Shown: positions 35,261-44,227 of the stretch, piece by piece
Layout: each line of letters begins with the position of its first letter
Position numbering within the stretch: position 1 is the stretch's first letter
Source of the DNA: Bacteroidales bacterium
GTDB taxonomy: Bacteria > Bacteroidota > Bacteroidia > Bacteroidales > VadinHA17
Direction: 5' to 3'
Length of the DNA: 64,000 nucleotides
Assembly: GCA_003157015.1 (NCBI GenBank)
Contig: PMIJ01000040.1
Span: 1,604 to 65,603, forward strand
The notes under the pieces: model-generated
Told to the model about the DNA's origin: nothing
The model's input: the letters and a program-made list of their open reading frames with translations, nothing else
The model's database searches: none
Made by a program: the position numbers and the translations under genes

Positions 35261-36676
35261 ATGAAGGAACATTCAAATCAAATTATTTATGTTGTCTGGT
35301 TATCAATTGTTGCGTCATTAGGAGGATTCCTTTTTGGATACGACACTGCAGTAATATCGGGAACAGTGGACCAGGTCTCATCGCAGTTCCATCTTGATAA
35401 TATAACAAAGGGATGGTATGTCGGATGTGCTCTTGTAGGATCTATCGGAGGTGTAATGGTTGCAGGTTCACTTAGCGACAAATTCGGTCGTAAAATAGTT
35501 CTGCTCCTTTCTGCAGTATTGTTTTCAATATCCGGTATCGGATGCATGGTGGCAGGAAATGAGGTACAACTGGTTATTGCCCGTATCCTGGGAGGTATCG
35601 GAATCGGTGTGGCTTCAGTTATCTCCCCTCTTTATATCGCTGAAGTTTCAGTTCCCAGCTTTCGCGGAAGACTGGTTTCAATGTACCAGCTGGCAATCAC
35701 TGTAGGATTCCTTGGAGCATACCTTGCCAATTATGGATTGCATCAATATTCGGTAACGCTATTGGAAAAAGGCGCAACCACAGGCTTATATAATAAGATC
35801 TTTGGCAGCGAGGTATGGAGAGGGATGCTGGGGATGGAATCTATGCCTGCATTACTCTTTTTTATTGTGCTTTTCCTCATACCGGAAAGCCCCAGATGGC
35901 TTATAGTTAAGGGGCAGGAATTAAAAGCTTCTGTAATTCTCAAAAAAATCTACGGAGAAAAAGAAGCCGGAATCCAGATCAGTAATGTAAAAAACCTGGT
36001 CGCTTCCGAAACAAGCACAAACTGGAGAATGCTTTTCCAGCCCGGCTTCAGGTTAGCTCTGTTTATAGGAGTTGCCCTGGCAATGCTTGGTCAGTTTATG
36101 GGAGTAAATGCGGTTCTGTATTATGGACCAACCATTTTCAAAGAGAGCGGGTTATCGAGCGGCGATTCACTGTTTTATCAGTCCCTGGTAGGTCTTGTGA
36201 ATATGTTAACTACCATACTTGCGCTAATAATTATAGATAAAGTAGGCCGGAAACAACTCGTATACTGGGGAGTATCAGGGATGATAATTGCTTTGGTACT
36301 GATTGGTATCTTTTTTGCTTTTGGAACAAAACTGGGTATCCCCTCCGTTTTTCTGTTAATATTCTTTCTTTTCTATATCTTCTGCTGCGCCATTTCGATC
36401 TGTGCCGTGATATTTGTCCTTCTTTCAGAAATGTACCCGGTCAAGGTAAGAGGTGCCGCCATGTCAATAGCCGGTCTCTCTCTGTGGATAGGGACTTACC
36501 TGATTGGCCAGCTTACTCCACTTATGTTATCTGCATTAACGCCTGCAGGAACCTTCTGGCTGTTTGCACTGATGTGTGTCCCATACATGCTGATTGTTTG
36601 GAAATTATTACCGGAAACAACAGGAAAATCACTGGAAGAAATTGAAGAAATGTGGATTCAGAAAGGCAAAAAATAA
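35261..36676 (+). CDS. MFS sugar porter family transporter (sugar:H+ symporter)
   Basis: 471 aa, 12 TM helices. Signature segments: GSLSDKFGRK, PESPRWL, PETTGKSLEEIE. Confidence 0.85.
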   Translation: MKEHSNQIIYVVWLSIVASLGGFLFGYDTAVISGTVDQVSSQFHLDNITKGWYVGCALVGSIGGVMVAGSLSDKFGRKIVLLLSAVLFSISGIGCMVAGNEVQLVIARILGGIGIGVASVISPLYIAEVSVPSFRGRLVSMYQLAITVGFLGAYLANYGLHQYSVTLLEKGATTGLYNKIFGSEVWRGMLGMESMPALLFFIVLFLIPESPRWLIVKGQELKASVILKKIYGEKEAGIQISNVKNLVASETSTNWRMLFQPGFRLALFIGVALAMLGQFMGVNAVLYYGPTIFKESGLSSGDSLFYQSLVGLVNMLTTILALIIIDKVGRKQLVYWGVSGMIIALVLIGIFFAFGTKLGIPSVFLLIFFLFYIFCCAISICAVIFVLLSEMYPVKVRGAAMSIAGLSLWIGTYLIGQLTPLMLSALTPAGTFWLFALMCVPYMLIVWKLLPETTGKSLEEIEEMWIQKGKK

Positions 36677-36695
36677 CAACTTAAAACTTTTAATT

Positions 36696-37859
36696 ATGGA
36701 TTCCAACTCTTTATCAAAGCTCTACAAGGACGAACTACTCAATAATGTTTTACCCTTCTGGCTTAATAAATCGCAAGATACAAAATACGGAGGTTATTTT
36801 ACCTGTCTTGACAGGGCAGGAAATGTTTTCGATACTGACAAATTTGTCTGGCTGCAGGGTCGCGAAGTCTGGCAGTTCTCAATGCTTTACAACAACCTGG
36901 AGAAAAATCCGGAATGGCTGAAATGTGCTTTACAGGGAGGGGAGTTTCTGAAAAAGTTCGGACACGACGGAAACTATAACTGGTATTTTTCTCTAACACA
37001 GGATGGAAAGCCTATTATTGAACCTTACAATATTTTTTCATATACTTTCGCTACAATGGCCTTCGGACAGCTGAGCAAGGCAAGCGGAAACCAGGAATAT
37101 GCCGATATAGCACGGAAAACATTTGATATAATTCTTTCAAAAGTTAATAATCCCAAAGGGAAGTGGGATAAATCACATCCCGGAACCCGGAGCCTTAAAA
37201 ATTTTGCTCTGCCAATGATCCTGTGCAATCTCGCTCTTGAGATTGAACACCTTCTCGAAAAAGATTTTCTGAACAAGACCATTGATACCTGCATACATGA
37301 GGTCATGGATGTCTTTTACCGACCCGATTTGGGTCTGGTAGTCGAGAACCTTACTCGCGATAATAAACTCTCGGATACATTCGAGGGGCGTCTCCTTAAT
37401 CCGGGCCATGCTATTGAGGCTATGTGGTTCATTATGGATCTGGGGGAACGGCTCAACAGACCTGAACTCATTAAAACTGCTGCGGGTATCGCAGTACAGA
37501 TGGTAGAGTATGGTTGGGATAAGCAGTATGGAGGAATTTTCTATTTTCTCGACAGGAAGGGACATCCTACCCAGCAACTCGAATGGGATCAGAAATTGTG
37601 GTGGGTTCATATAGAAACATTAATTTCAATGCTCAAAGGATATCAGCTGACAGGATCAAAAGAGTGCCTGAAATGGTTTGATATCATTCATAATTACACA
37701 TGGGAACATTTTAAAGATAAAGAATATCCTGAGTGGTTCGGATATCTTAACCGACAGGGCGAAGTACTCCTGCCACTTAAAGGAGGGAAATGGAAAGGTT
37801 GTTTCCATGTGCCACGCGGACTTTATCAATGCTGGAAGACTCTGGAAAAAATCAAATAA
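36696..37859 (+). CDS. AGE-family N-acylglucosamine 2-epimerase
   Basis: The ATG at 36696 follows the transporter stop (the track ORF begins earlier, at 36594). Supporting segments are LPFWLNKSQDTKYGGYFTCLDRAGNVFDTDKFVWLQGREVWQFSMLY and a later HAIEAMWF. Both fit the renin-binding-protein/AGE pattern. Confidence 0.8.
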   Translation: MDSNSLSKLYKDELLNNVLPFWLNKSQDTKYGGYFTCLDRAGNVFDTDKFVWLQGREVWQFSMLYNNLEKNPEWLKCALQGGEFLKKFGHDGNYNWYFSLTQDGKPIIEPYNIFSYTFATMAFGQLSKASGNQEYADIARKTFDIILSKVNNPKGKWDKSHPGTRSLKNFALPMILCNLALEIEHLLEKDFLNKTIDTCIHEVMDVFYRPDLGLVVENLTRDNKLSDTFEGRLLNPGHAIEAMWFIMDLGERLNRPELIKTAAGIAVQMVEYGWDKQYGGIFYFLDRKGHPTQQLEWDQKLWWVHIETLISMLKGYQLTGSKECLKWFDIIHNYTWEHFKDKEYPEWFGYLNRQGEVLLPLKGGKWKGCFHVPRGLYQCWKTLEKIK

Positions 37860-37863
37860 AGTA

Positions 37864-38001
37864 GTCTTTGTGACACTCTGTGTGTACCCTCTGTGGCCCT
37901 CTGTGTAACTGATTTTTAAAACAAAGAACTTACACAACTTGTCCCGTAGAGCGGGAGAGTTATACAGAGGATGCACAGAGATTCACAGAGTAGTCACAGA
38001 G
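37864..38001. repeat. CTCTGTG/CACAGAG inverted-repeat intergenic element (copy B)
   Basis: The left arm has ctctgtg at 37876, 37889 and 37899. The right arm has tacagag at 37963 and cacagag at 37974, 37984 and 37995, spaced 10-11 nt apart. An inner hairpin reads tcccg-tagag-cggga. The element fills the whole gap between two convergent genes. Confidence 0.85.
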
Positions 38002-38005
38002 ATTG

Positions 38006-38692
38006 TTACTGCTGACAGGGAACTGAATACAGAATCATGCTGTTAACCTCAAGAGCAGAGAGATTTCCATAGCCACTCTCATTTGCATATACACATCCTG
38101 TATCTATAGGAATCACTTTTGCCTTTTCCGCTATTTGCTTTTTAACATAAGAAATGGTTTTCGGGCGATGGCCATGAATTATTGTCTTTCCTGAGAAAAC
38201 AGGATTTTTATAGGAAAGATGACACTCCCAGATCATGTATTGCTTGTCGTCAAAAGGATTATCAGCAAAATCATCGAATCCGGCATGAACAAAAACTGCA
38301 TTACCAATAATTTTATAATATTCAAGCGAGGTAAAAAATTCCAGATACTTTTTTTCAATTTCTCTGATATCCTGAATTCCAAAACTTTCCAGGGTCGACA
38401 TTCCGTTATTCATTAACCATAACGGCAATGCATTAGTCTCATAATATGAATCAACCAGCATCACTTCATGATTTCCGGTCAGGGTCGTAATATTAAAATT
38501 GCCATTTTTAAGTTCAAAAATGAAATCAATAACCTCTTTACTCTGTTCCCCGCGATCGATATAATCACCAAGCAGGATCAGCTGATCTGATTTTGTCAGT
38601 TTGATTGTATTTACAATAAGCTCATAAAATGGCTTATAACAACCATGGATATCACTTATTGCAAAAAGACGGCCCATGATTTTAAACTGCAT
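38006..38692 (-). CDS. Metallophosphoesterase (PPP-family Ser/Thr phosphatase / ApaH-like)
   Basis: 228 aa. Motifs: ISDIHG, LGDYIDRG, GNHE, HAG, HGH. An alternative start is M6 at 38677. Confidence 0.85.
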   Translation of the reverse strand: MQFKIMGRLFAISDIHGCYKPFYELIVNTIKLTKSDQLILLGDYIDRGEQSKEVIDFIFELKNGNFNITTLTGNHEVMLVDSYYETNALPLWLMNNGMSTLESFGIQDIREIEKKYLEFFTSLEYYKIIGNAVFVHAGFDDFADNPFDDKQYMIWECHLSYKNPVFSGKTIIHGHRPKTISYVKKQIAEKAKVIPIDTGCVYANESGYGNLSALEVNSMILYSVPCQQ

Positions 38693-38700
38693 ATTTTCTC

Positions 38701-38796
38701 AGTGGTACTCTGTGAACCTCCTGTGGCTTTATGTGTAACAATTAATAAGAACTATCACAGAGATACACGGAGCAAGCACAGAGATACACAGAGATT
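38701..38796. repeat. CTCTGTG/CACAGAG inverted-repeat intergenic element (copy C)
   Basis: Left arm: ctcagtg (38701), ctctgtg (38711), ctcctgtg (38721), ttatgtg (38732). Right arm: cacagag (38759), cacggag (38769), cacagag (38780, 38790). It shares 'tgtgtaac' at the inner edge with copy B. It fills the gap between the pepP stop and the phosphoesterase start. Confidence 0.85.
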
Positions 38797-40181
38797 TAAG
38801 AGCAAACAGATTCCACCTCTTTTATGGTTTTAGGTATGGGTTTACCCAGAACCTTATGACCTTTGTCGGTTATCAAAACATTATCCTCTATCCTGATACC
38901 TCCAATAGACATATAGGAGTCAATTTTATTGTAATTGATGTATTCTTTGAATTTCCCTTCGGCTTTCCACTTTCCTATCAATTCAGGAATGAAATAGCAT
39001 CCGGGTTCAACAGTAAATACATGTCCCGGTTTATAAGGCAGTGCAAACCTGAGAAACGCCGTACCAAACTGTTCACTTCGTTTTACCTTATCATTATAAC
39101 CTATATAGTTTTCACCAAGGCCTTCCATATCGTGAACATCGAGACCCATCATATGACCAAGTCCGTGAGGCATGAATAAAGCATGAGCCCCTGCGGCAAC
39201 AGCTTCATCAACATCACCTTTCATCAGTCCGAGGCTTTTCATCTCCGTTGCAATGATCTTACAGGCCATAAAATGCAGATCCCGGTTCGAGATACCCGGT
39301 TTTGTCGCTTTGATTGCATCTGTGTTGGCTTTCAGCACTATTTCATAAATGTCTTTTTGTTTCTCATTGAATTTTCCTCCCACAGGAGTTGTCCGGGTTA
39401 TATCTGAGGCATAGTGAAGGCTTGTTTCAGCACCTGCATCTGTTACCATCATCCTCCCTTTAGTCAGAATGTTCCCGTGTGAATGATTATGAAGAGTTTG
39501 TCCATTGATGCTCAGAATTATCGGGAATGAAGTTCCGCCTCCTTTTGCAAGCGCTATTCCTTCTATCATTCCAAATATATCCTGCTCTTTCACACCATGT
39601 TTGCACATCTTCATAGCGGTTACATGCATTTCATACGCAATATCCGCTGCTTTTTCTATCTCATCTATTTCAACTTTTTCTTTTATAGATCTCATCGAAA
39701 TAACTGCTTTTATCAGATCAACTGAAGCCAGTGTTTTCATCTGGCAGGGGTTTTCTTTCAACAGAACGCCCAGGGTCATCTTTGTTTCTCCTCTGTAAGG
39801 CGGGAGAAAATGAATTTTTCTTTTCTTTGACAGGGCATCTTTGATAGTATCACCAAGTTTAGACACCGGTGCTGTTTCAGAGATACCACATTTCTGGGCA
39901 AGCTCCCTGACTGTTAGCTGAGGACCCATCCAGATGATGTCATCCATATCGATGTCGTTTCCGAATATCCGGTCTTTGCCTGAATCAAAATCCATCATTC
40001 CGGTTAGTGCGGGAAGATCGAGTCCGAAAAAATATAAGAAATCGCTGTCCTGCCTGAAGTGGTAGGTATTATCAGGATAATTCATCGGCGATTCAGTGTT
40101 GCCTATAAAAAGTGCAATTCCGGATTTCAGCTTTTTACGGAGTTCCTCTCGTCTTTTGGTATATACTTCACTTTTAAACAT
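38796..40181 (-). CDS. pepP: Xaa-Pro aminopeptidase (M24B, aminopeptidase P family)
   Basis: 461 aa. Metal-ligand segments: VTDAGAE, HGLGHMMGLDVHD, FTVEPGCY, IRIEDNVLIT. Confidence 0.85.
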   Translation of the reverse strand: MFKSEVYTKRREELRKKLKSGIALFIGNTESPMNYPDNTYHFRQDSDFLYFFGLDLPALTGMMDFDSGKDRIFGNDIDMDDIIWMGPQLTVRELAQKCGISETAPVSKLGDTIKDALSKKRKIHFLPPYRGETKMTLGVLLKENPCQMKTLASVDLIKAVISMRSIKEKVEIDEIEKAADIAYEMHVTAMKMCKHGVKEQDIFGMIEGIALAKGGGTSFPIILSINGQTLHNHSHGNILTKGRMMVTDAGAETSLHYASDITRTTPVGGKFNEKQKDIYEIVLKANTDAIKATKPGISNRDLHFMACKIIATEMKSLGLMKGDVDEAVAAGAHALFMPHGLGHMMGLDVHDMEGLGENYIGYNDKVKRSEQFGTAFLRFALPYKPGHVFTVEPGCYFIPELIGKWKAEGKFKEYINYNKIDSYMSIGGIRIEDNVLITDKGHKVLGKPIPKTIKEVESVCS

Positions 40182-40472
40182 ATCACAATAATTAGTTACT
40201 GATTTTATTCTGCTAAATTACTAATCATCAGACTATATTCCTATTTAGTCAAAATATTATTTATTTTTTATAACTCCCTGAGATGGAATATTTTCAGGTC
40301 ATTTTCGTTTAAATATTGGATGTGAAAGTATTTAAACAACTCAAATTCGGATATTCAGAAATCAAACCAATTAATCATGAATACTCTTTTTTTGCGAATA
40401 GCCTTGGTTATTAACAAATATTTGTTACATTCGCTTCTCTTATGAACACATTATTAACAACCTGACCCTGAT

Positions 40473-41213
40473 ATGCCATACAGAAGATTGCCCAACACCG
40501 ATACTGCCCGGATAAAGGCTATGAAAATTGCTCTTGAAAAGGGGAAAGAGCTTCCTCCGAATAAACTGGCATTTTCGTCGAAAACAATTGTTAGCCTGGA
40601 GAAGTTTCTGCCAATATTTGAACATAACTTCAAGTTATACAGGCAGGCGTTATCTTCCCAGAATAAGAAGGGTAAGGATTACAACGAATCAATAAGAAAG
40701 GCCCGCATTTATCTGACTCACTTTGTCAGGGTCATGAATATGGCAATACTCCGCGGTGAATTGCCGGCTGAAACGAGGGCCTTTTACGGCCTGGCGACAG
40801 ATGAATCAACGGTTCCCTCATTTAATACCGAGAACGAATTAATGAGCTGGGGAAGAAGGATAATTGAAGGTGAAGAGTTCAGAATAAAAAAGGGAGCTAG
40901 TCCGATTACAAATCCTACAATTGCTGTTGTCAAAGTCAGATTTGAAAATTTCATTGAAGCCTGGACATACCATAATACACTTGCAAAAAAAACTTCCGAT
41001 TATATAGTAAAGAATTGCGATCTCCGACAAGAAGCCGATGAAATTATTCTTAAGCTCTGGAATGAAGTTGAAAATTTCCATAATTCACTTCCTGAATCAT
41101 TAAGAAAAACATTAAATGAGCAATACGGACTGGTTTATTTCTACAGAAAAGGGGAACTTGAAAAAGTTATTGCAGCTGAAGCTCAGACCATGACATTGAC
41201 TAATTCAAATTAA
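40473..41213 (+). CDS. Hypothetical protein, predicted all-alpha, no family recognised
   Basis: 246 aa ORF preceded by a 290-nt AT-rich gap. It overlaps the convergent CPBP gene by 9 nt. Confidence 0.55.
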   Translation: MPYRRLPNTDTARIKAMKIALEKGKELPPNKLAFSSKTIVSLEKFLPIFEHNFKLYRQALSSQNKKGKDYNESIRKARIYLTHFVRVMNMAILRGELPAETRAFYGLATDESTVPSFNTENELMSWGRRIIEGEEFRIKKGASPITNPTIAVVKVRFENFIEAWTYHNTLAKKTSDYIVKNCDLRQEADEIILKLWNEVENFHNSLPESLRKTLNEQYGLVYFYRKGELEKVIAAEAQTMTLTNSN

Positions 41214-42158
41214 ATCACCCTGAGTAATCTCAGGCCTGTCAATTATCTTACTCCTATTTCTGAAATAAAACAAAATTACCAGCCCTATTGCGACGGGCAA
41301 GGGAAGCGCAAGTGCCAGCTTCCATAAAGGAGTATCTGATGGGGCGTTGAATTTCTCCATACCCTGTATATATGCCATTATTACAGGAACTGCATTATTA
41401 ATAAAATGTGAAATTACCGGCATCCATAGTGTGCCGCACCAGAAAAACAGGTAACCAAAAATCAATCCTAGAATAAATCTGGGAACAAATCCAAAAAACT
41501 GAAAATGTATGGCACTGAAAATAAAAGCTGTGACCCATATTGCAACATGCCCCGATTTGAAAAGTTTAATTAATATCTTCTGTAAAACTCCCCTGAAAAA
41601 GAATTCCTCTCCGACTGCCGGAAGAATAGCAATGATAAAGAGATTTAAGATCATCATGGCAAAAGAAGGAGCAAATAATGCCTGATTTATTATACTGTTT
41701 GCATAATCTTCTTTTTCCTCCATCCACTTTTCCACACCTGAGAGCCAGTCCGGAAAATGCATTGCCGAGTTAATCTGTCCGGTAAAACTGGTAACCGGAA
41801 AGATGCAAAAAGCAAGAACAATGACAAGACCTATTTCCTTCAGTAGAGGTAATTTTAGTTCATCCAGCCTCCTTGCAAATTCAGGTTTCATCATCACCAT
41901 TATTATACACGAAGGAAGAATAAAAAGTGAAATATCCTGAATAATCAGCAGGTATCTCAGAAATCCGGAATCTGTATTGCTTAATGCGGCTCCTGATTTT
42001 TCCAGTACCGACATATCAGAATCAAAAATCGCAATTCCGGCAATAATCAGGATGATCATAGATACAATACCAACACCTGCGACTATAAGTATTGACACAA
42101 ATAGCTGATATGCAGGCGATTCATTGTATAATTTAAAGTGGCTATGCTTTTCTGGCAT
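41205..42158 (-). CDS. CPBP family intramembrane glutamic endopeptidase (CAAX protease/Abi)
   Basis: 317 aa, multi-TM. Motifs: EEFFFRGVLQ, FSAIHFQF, HFINN. Confidence 0.85.
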   Translation of the reverse strand: MPEKHSHFKLYNESPAYQLFVSILIVAGVGIVSMIILIIAGIAIFDSDMSVLEKSGAALSNTDSGFLRYLLIIQDISLFILPSCIIMVMMKPEFARRLDELKLPLLKEIGLVIVLAFCIFPVTSFTGQINSAMHFPDWLSGVEKWMEEKEDYANSIINQALFAPSFAMMILNLFIIAILPAVGEEFFFRGVLQKILIKLFKSGHVAIWVTAFIFSAIHFQFFGFVPRFILGLIFGYLFFWCGTLWMPVISHFINNAVPVIMAYIQGMEKFNAPSDTPLWKLALALPLPVAIGLVILFYFRNRSKIIDRPEITQGDLI

Positions 42159-42203
42159 TTTATTAATTTTGCATTCATTTAAATATACAAAAATTTCAGG
42201 AAT

Positions 42204-43217
42204 TTGAAAATTGGTGACATATTTCTGGGTGACAGGCCGCTATTTCTGGCGCCGATGGAAGACATAACAGATCCTTCGTTCAGGATGGTTTGCAAAAAGA
42301 ACGGAGCTGATTTCATGTATACTGAATTTGTCTCCTCTGACGGACTAATTCGCGATGGACAAAAGAGTGTAAGAAAACTTGATATCTATGATTATGAAAG
42401 ACCAATAGGTATCCAGCTCTACGGGCATCTAATTGATTCTATGGTTGAAGCAGCACTTATTGCTGAGGAAGCAAAGCCTGAACTGATCGATATCAATTTC
42501 GGTTGTCCAATAAAAAAAATTTCTAACAGGGGAGCCGGTGCAGGAATGCTCAGGAACATACCATTAATGATTGAAATGACTGAAGCCATAGTCAAATCGG
42601 TGAAGCTTCCTGTTACCGTGAAAACCAGGCTCGGATGGGATGATGCCAGCAAGAACATTGTTGAGATCTCAGAACGTTTGCAGGATGTTGGTATTAAAGC
42701 ATTGACAATTCACGGAAGGACCAGGGCTCAATTATATAAAGGAAATGCTGACTGGACTCTTATCGGTGAAGTAAAAAATAACGCAAGGATAAAAATCCCG
42801 ATAATCGGCAATGGAGATATTGACGGACCCATAAGTGCAAAGAAGGCGTTCGATAAGTATGGTGTGGATGGGATCATGATTGGCCGTTCGACGGTGGGAA
42901 GACCATGGATATTCAGGGATATAAGACATTATCTTAATACAGGGAAACTTTTACAGGAACCCTCAGTAAATGAGAAAGCTGATATTGCACTTTTTCATCT
43001 TGATAAATCACTTCAACATAAAGAGGGGAAAAGAGCAATATTTGAGATGCGCAGGCATTTATCAAATTATTTTAAAGGATTGCCCCATTTTAAGGAAATA
43101 CGTCTTAAACTTCTTACGGCTGTTGAGGCTGATGATGTCAGGAACATTATTCAGGAAATCCGCGAAAAATGGGGGGACTTCAGGACAGAGGATAAAAGTT
43201 CAGATTATAACGTCTGA
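42204..43217 (+). CDS. dusB: tRNA-dihydrouridine synthase
   Basis: 337 aa with a TTG start as tracked. Supporting segments: LAPMEDITDPSFR, IDINFGCP, TVKTRLGWD, LTIHGRTR. Confidence 0.85.
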   Translation: MKIGDIFLGDRPLFLAPMEDITDPSFRMVCKKNGADFMYTEFVSSDGLIRDGQKSVRKLDIYDYERPIGIQLYGHLIDSMVEAALIAEEAKPELIDINFGCPIKKISNRGAGAGMLRNIPLMIEMTEAIVKSVKLPVTVKTRLGWDDASKNIVEISERLQDVGIKALTIHGRTRAQLYKGNADWTLIGEVKNNARIKIPIIGNGDIDGPISAKKAFDKYGVDGIMIGRSTVGRPWIFRDIRHYLNTGKLLQEPSVNEKADIALFHLDKSLQHKEGKRAIFEMRRHLSNYFKGLPHFKEIRLKLLTAVEADDVRNIIQEIREKWGDFRTEDKSSDYNV

Positions 43218-43270
43218 AATATACCGATTTGATTATTATAATTCAGCTGAGACAGGTCTGAGACCTGTCT

Positions 43271-44209
43271 CTACAATTGATTAATCCTGATTCGTTCAAA
43301 CAGTAACGAAAATTTATCCCATTTGAAAATTATTTTCAGGATCAAAACAAAAATGAGGCCGGTAATTACAAGTGCCAGGAATTCAGTCCAGGGATGAATA
43401 TTAAACTGTTCATAAAGTGCATGTGTCTGCAGGGCCGATGACCGGTTGGTTACCATGATACACAGGAAAATATTGTTTGCCGTATGCGCACCCATTGCGG
43501 CTTCAATACCATCATCAAGGATTGTAATAATGCCAAATATCAGGCCAAAAGTTATATACTGTGGCATCATTGTGAAAAATCCAAATTCCTTTATTTCCGG
43601 ATTAAATCCATGCATCAGGCCGAAAAGAATTGAAGTCATAATCACAGGAAACCATCTGTTTTTAACCAGTGCGGCAAATCCCTGCATCAGGTATCCCCTG
43701 AAAAGTACCTCTTCGAATGCTGCCTGAAAGGGAATAAACAGAACCGAAACTATTGAAAGGAGAATCAGCGAAGAAGTCTTATTGTTAATAGAGAAGTTTG
43801 AGGGATCGAGTTTAAGGTAGAGCATCAGATAAAGGGCAGAAAGGATCAGCCATACGGTCCCAGATATAAAAAACCGGTTCCATCTGATGCCACCACTCCC
43901 GTTAATAGTAATTCTAAGTGTCCGGTTATTCAAAGGTTTAATCAGGAGAATGAATGCTATTAATCCGGCGATGAAAGGGAAAAGCATCATAACAAAACCT
44001 GTATTCTGACCCAGTCCTACCACACTGAAATCATTCGGATTGGCAGCGAGCTGAGAGAATACAGCCGGATTTGAAGCTGACTTAATCAGTGTCGCAATCA
44101 GCAAAGGAACTGCTCCGATAGTGTTTGAAACTATGAGAATAACAGCAAACATTACAATATATCTCCAGAAGCTGTTTTTACCTGCAAATGTGGATTCAAG
44201 ATGGTTCAT
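43271..44209 (-). CDS. CPBP family intramembrane glutamic endopeptidase (second copy)
   Basis: 312 aa, multi-TM. Motifs: EEVLFRGYLMQ, FGLMHGFN, HTANN. Confidence 0.85.
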   Translation of the reverse strand: MNHLESTFAGKNSFWRYIVMFAVILIVSNTIGAVPLLIATLIKSASNPAVFSQLAANPNDFSVVGLGQNTGFVMMLFPFIAGLIAFILLIKPLNNRTLRITINGSGGIRWNRFFISGTVWLILSALYLMLYLKLDPSNFSINNKTSSLILLSIVSVLFIPFQAAFEEVLFRGYLMQGFAALVKNRWFPVIMTSILFGLMHGFNPEIKEFGFFTMMPQYITFGLIFGIITILDDGIEAAMGAHTANNIFLCIMVTNRSSALQTHALYEQFNIHPWTEFLALVITGLIFVLILKIIFKWDKFSLLFERIRINQL

Positions 44210-44227
44210 AATAAAAAATAAAGTCTT

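Noticed and set aside
31391-38796. CACAGAG repeat blocks as a CRISPR array
   Set aside because: The repeat unit is 7 nt with 0-4 nt between units. There are no 25-40-nt repeats, no unique spacers and no cas genes.
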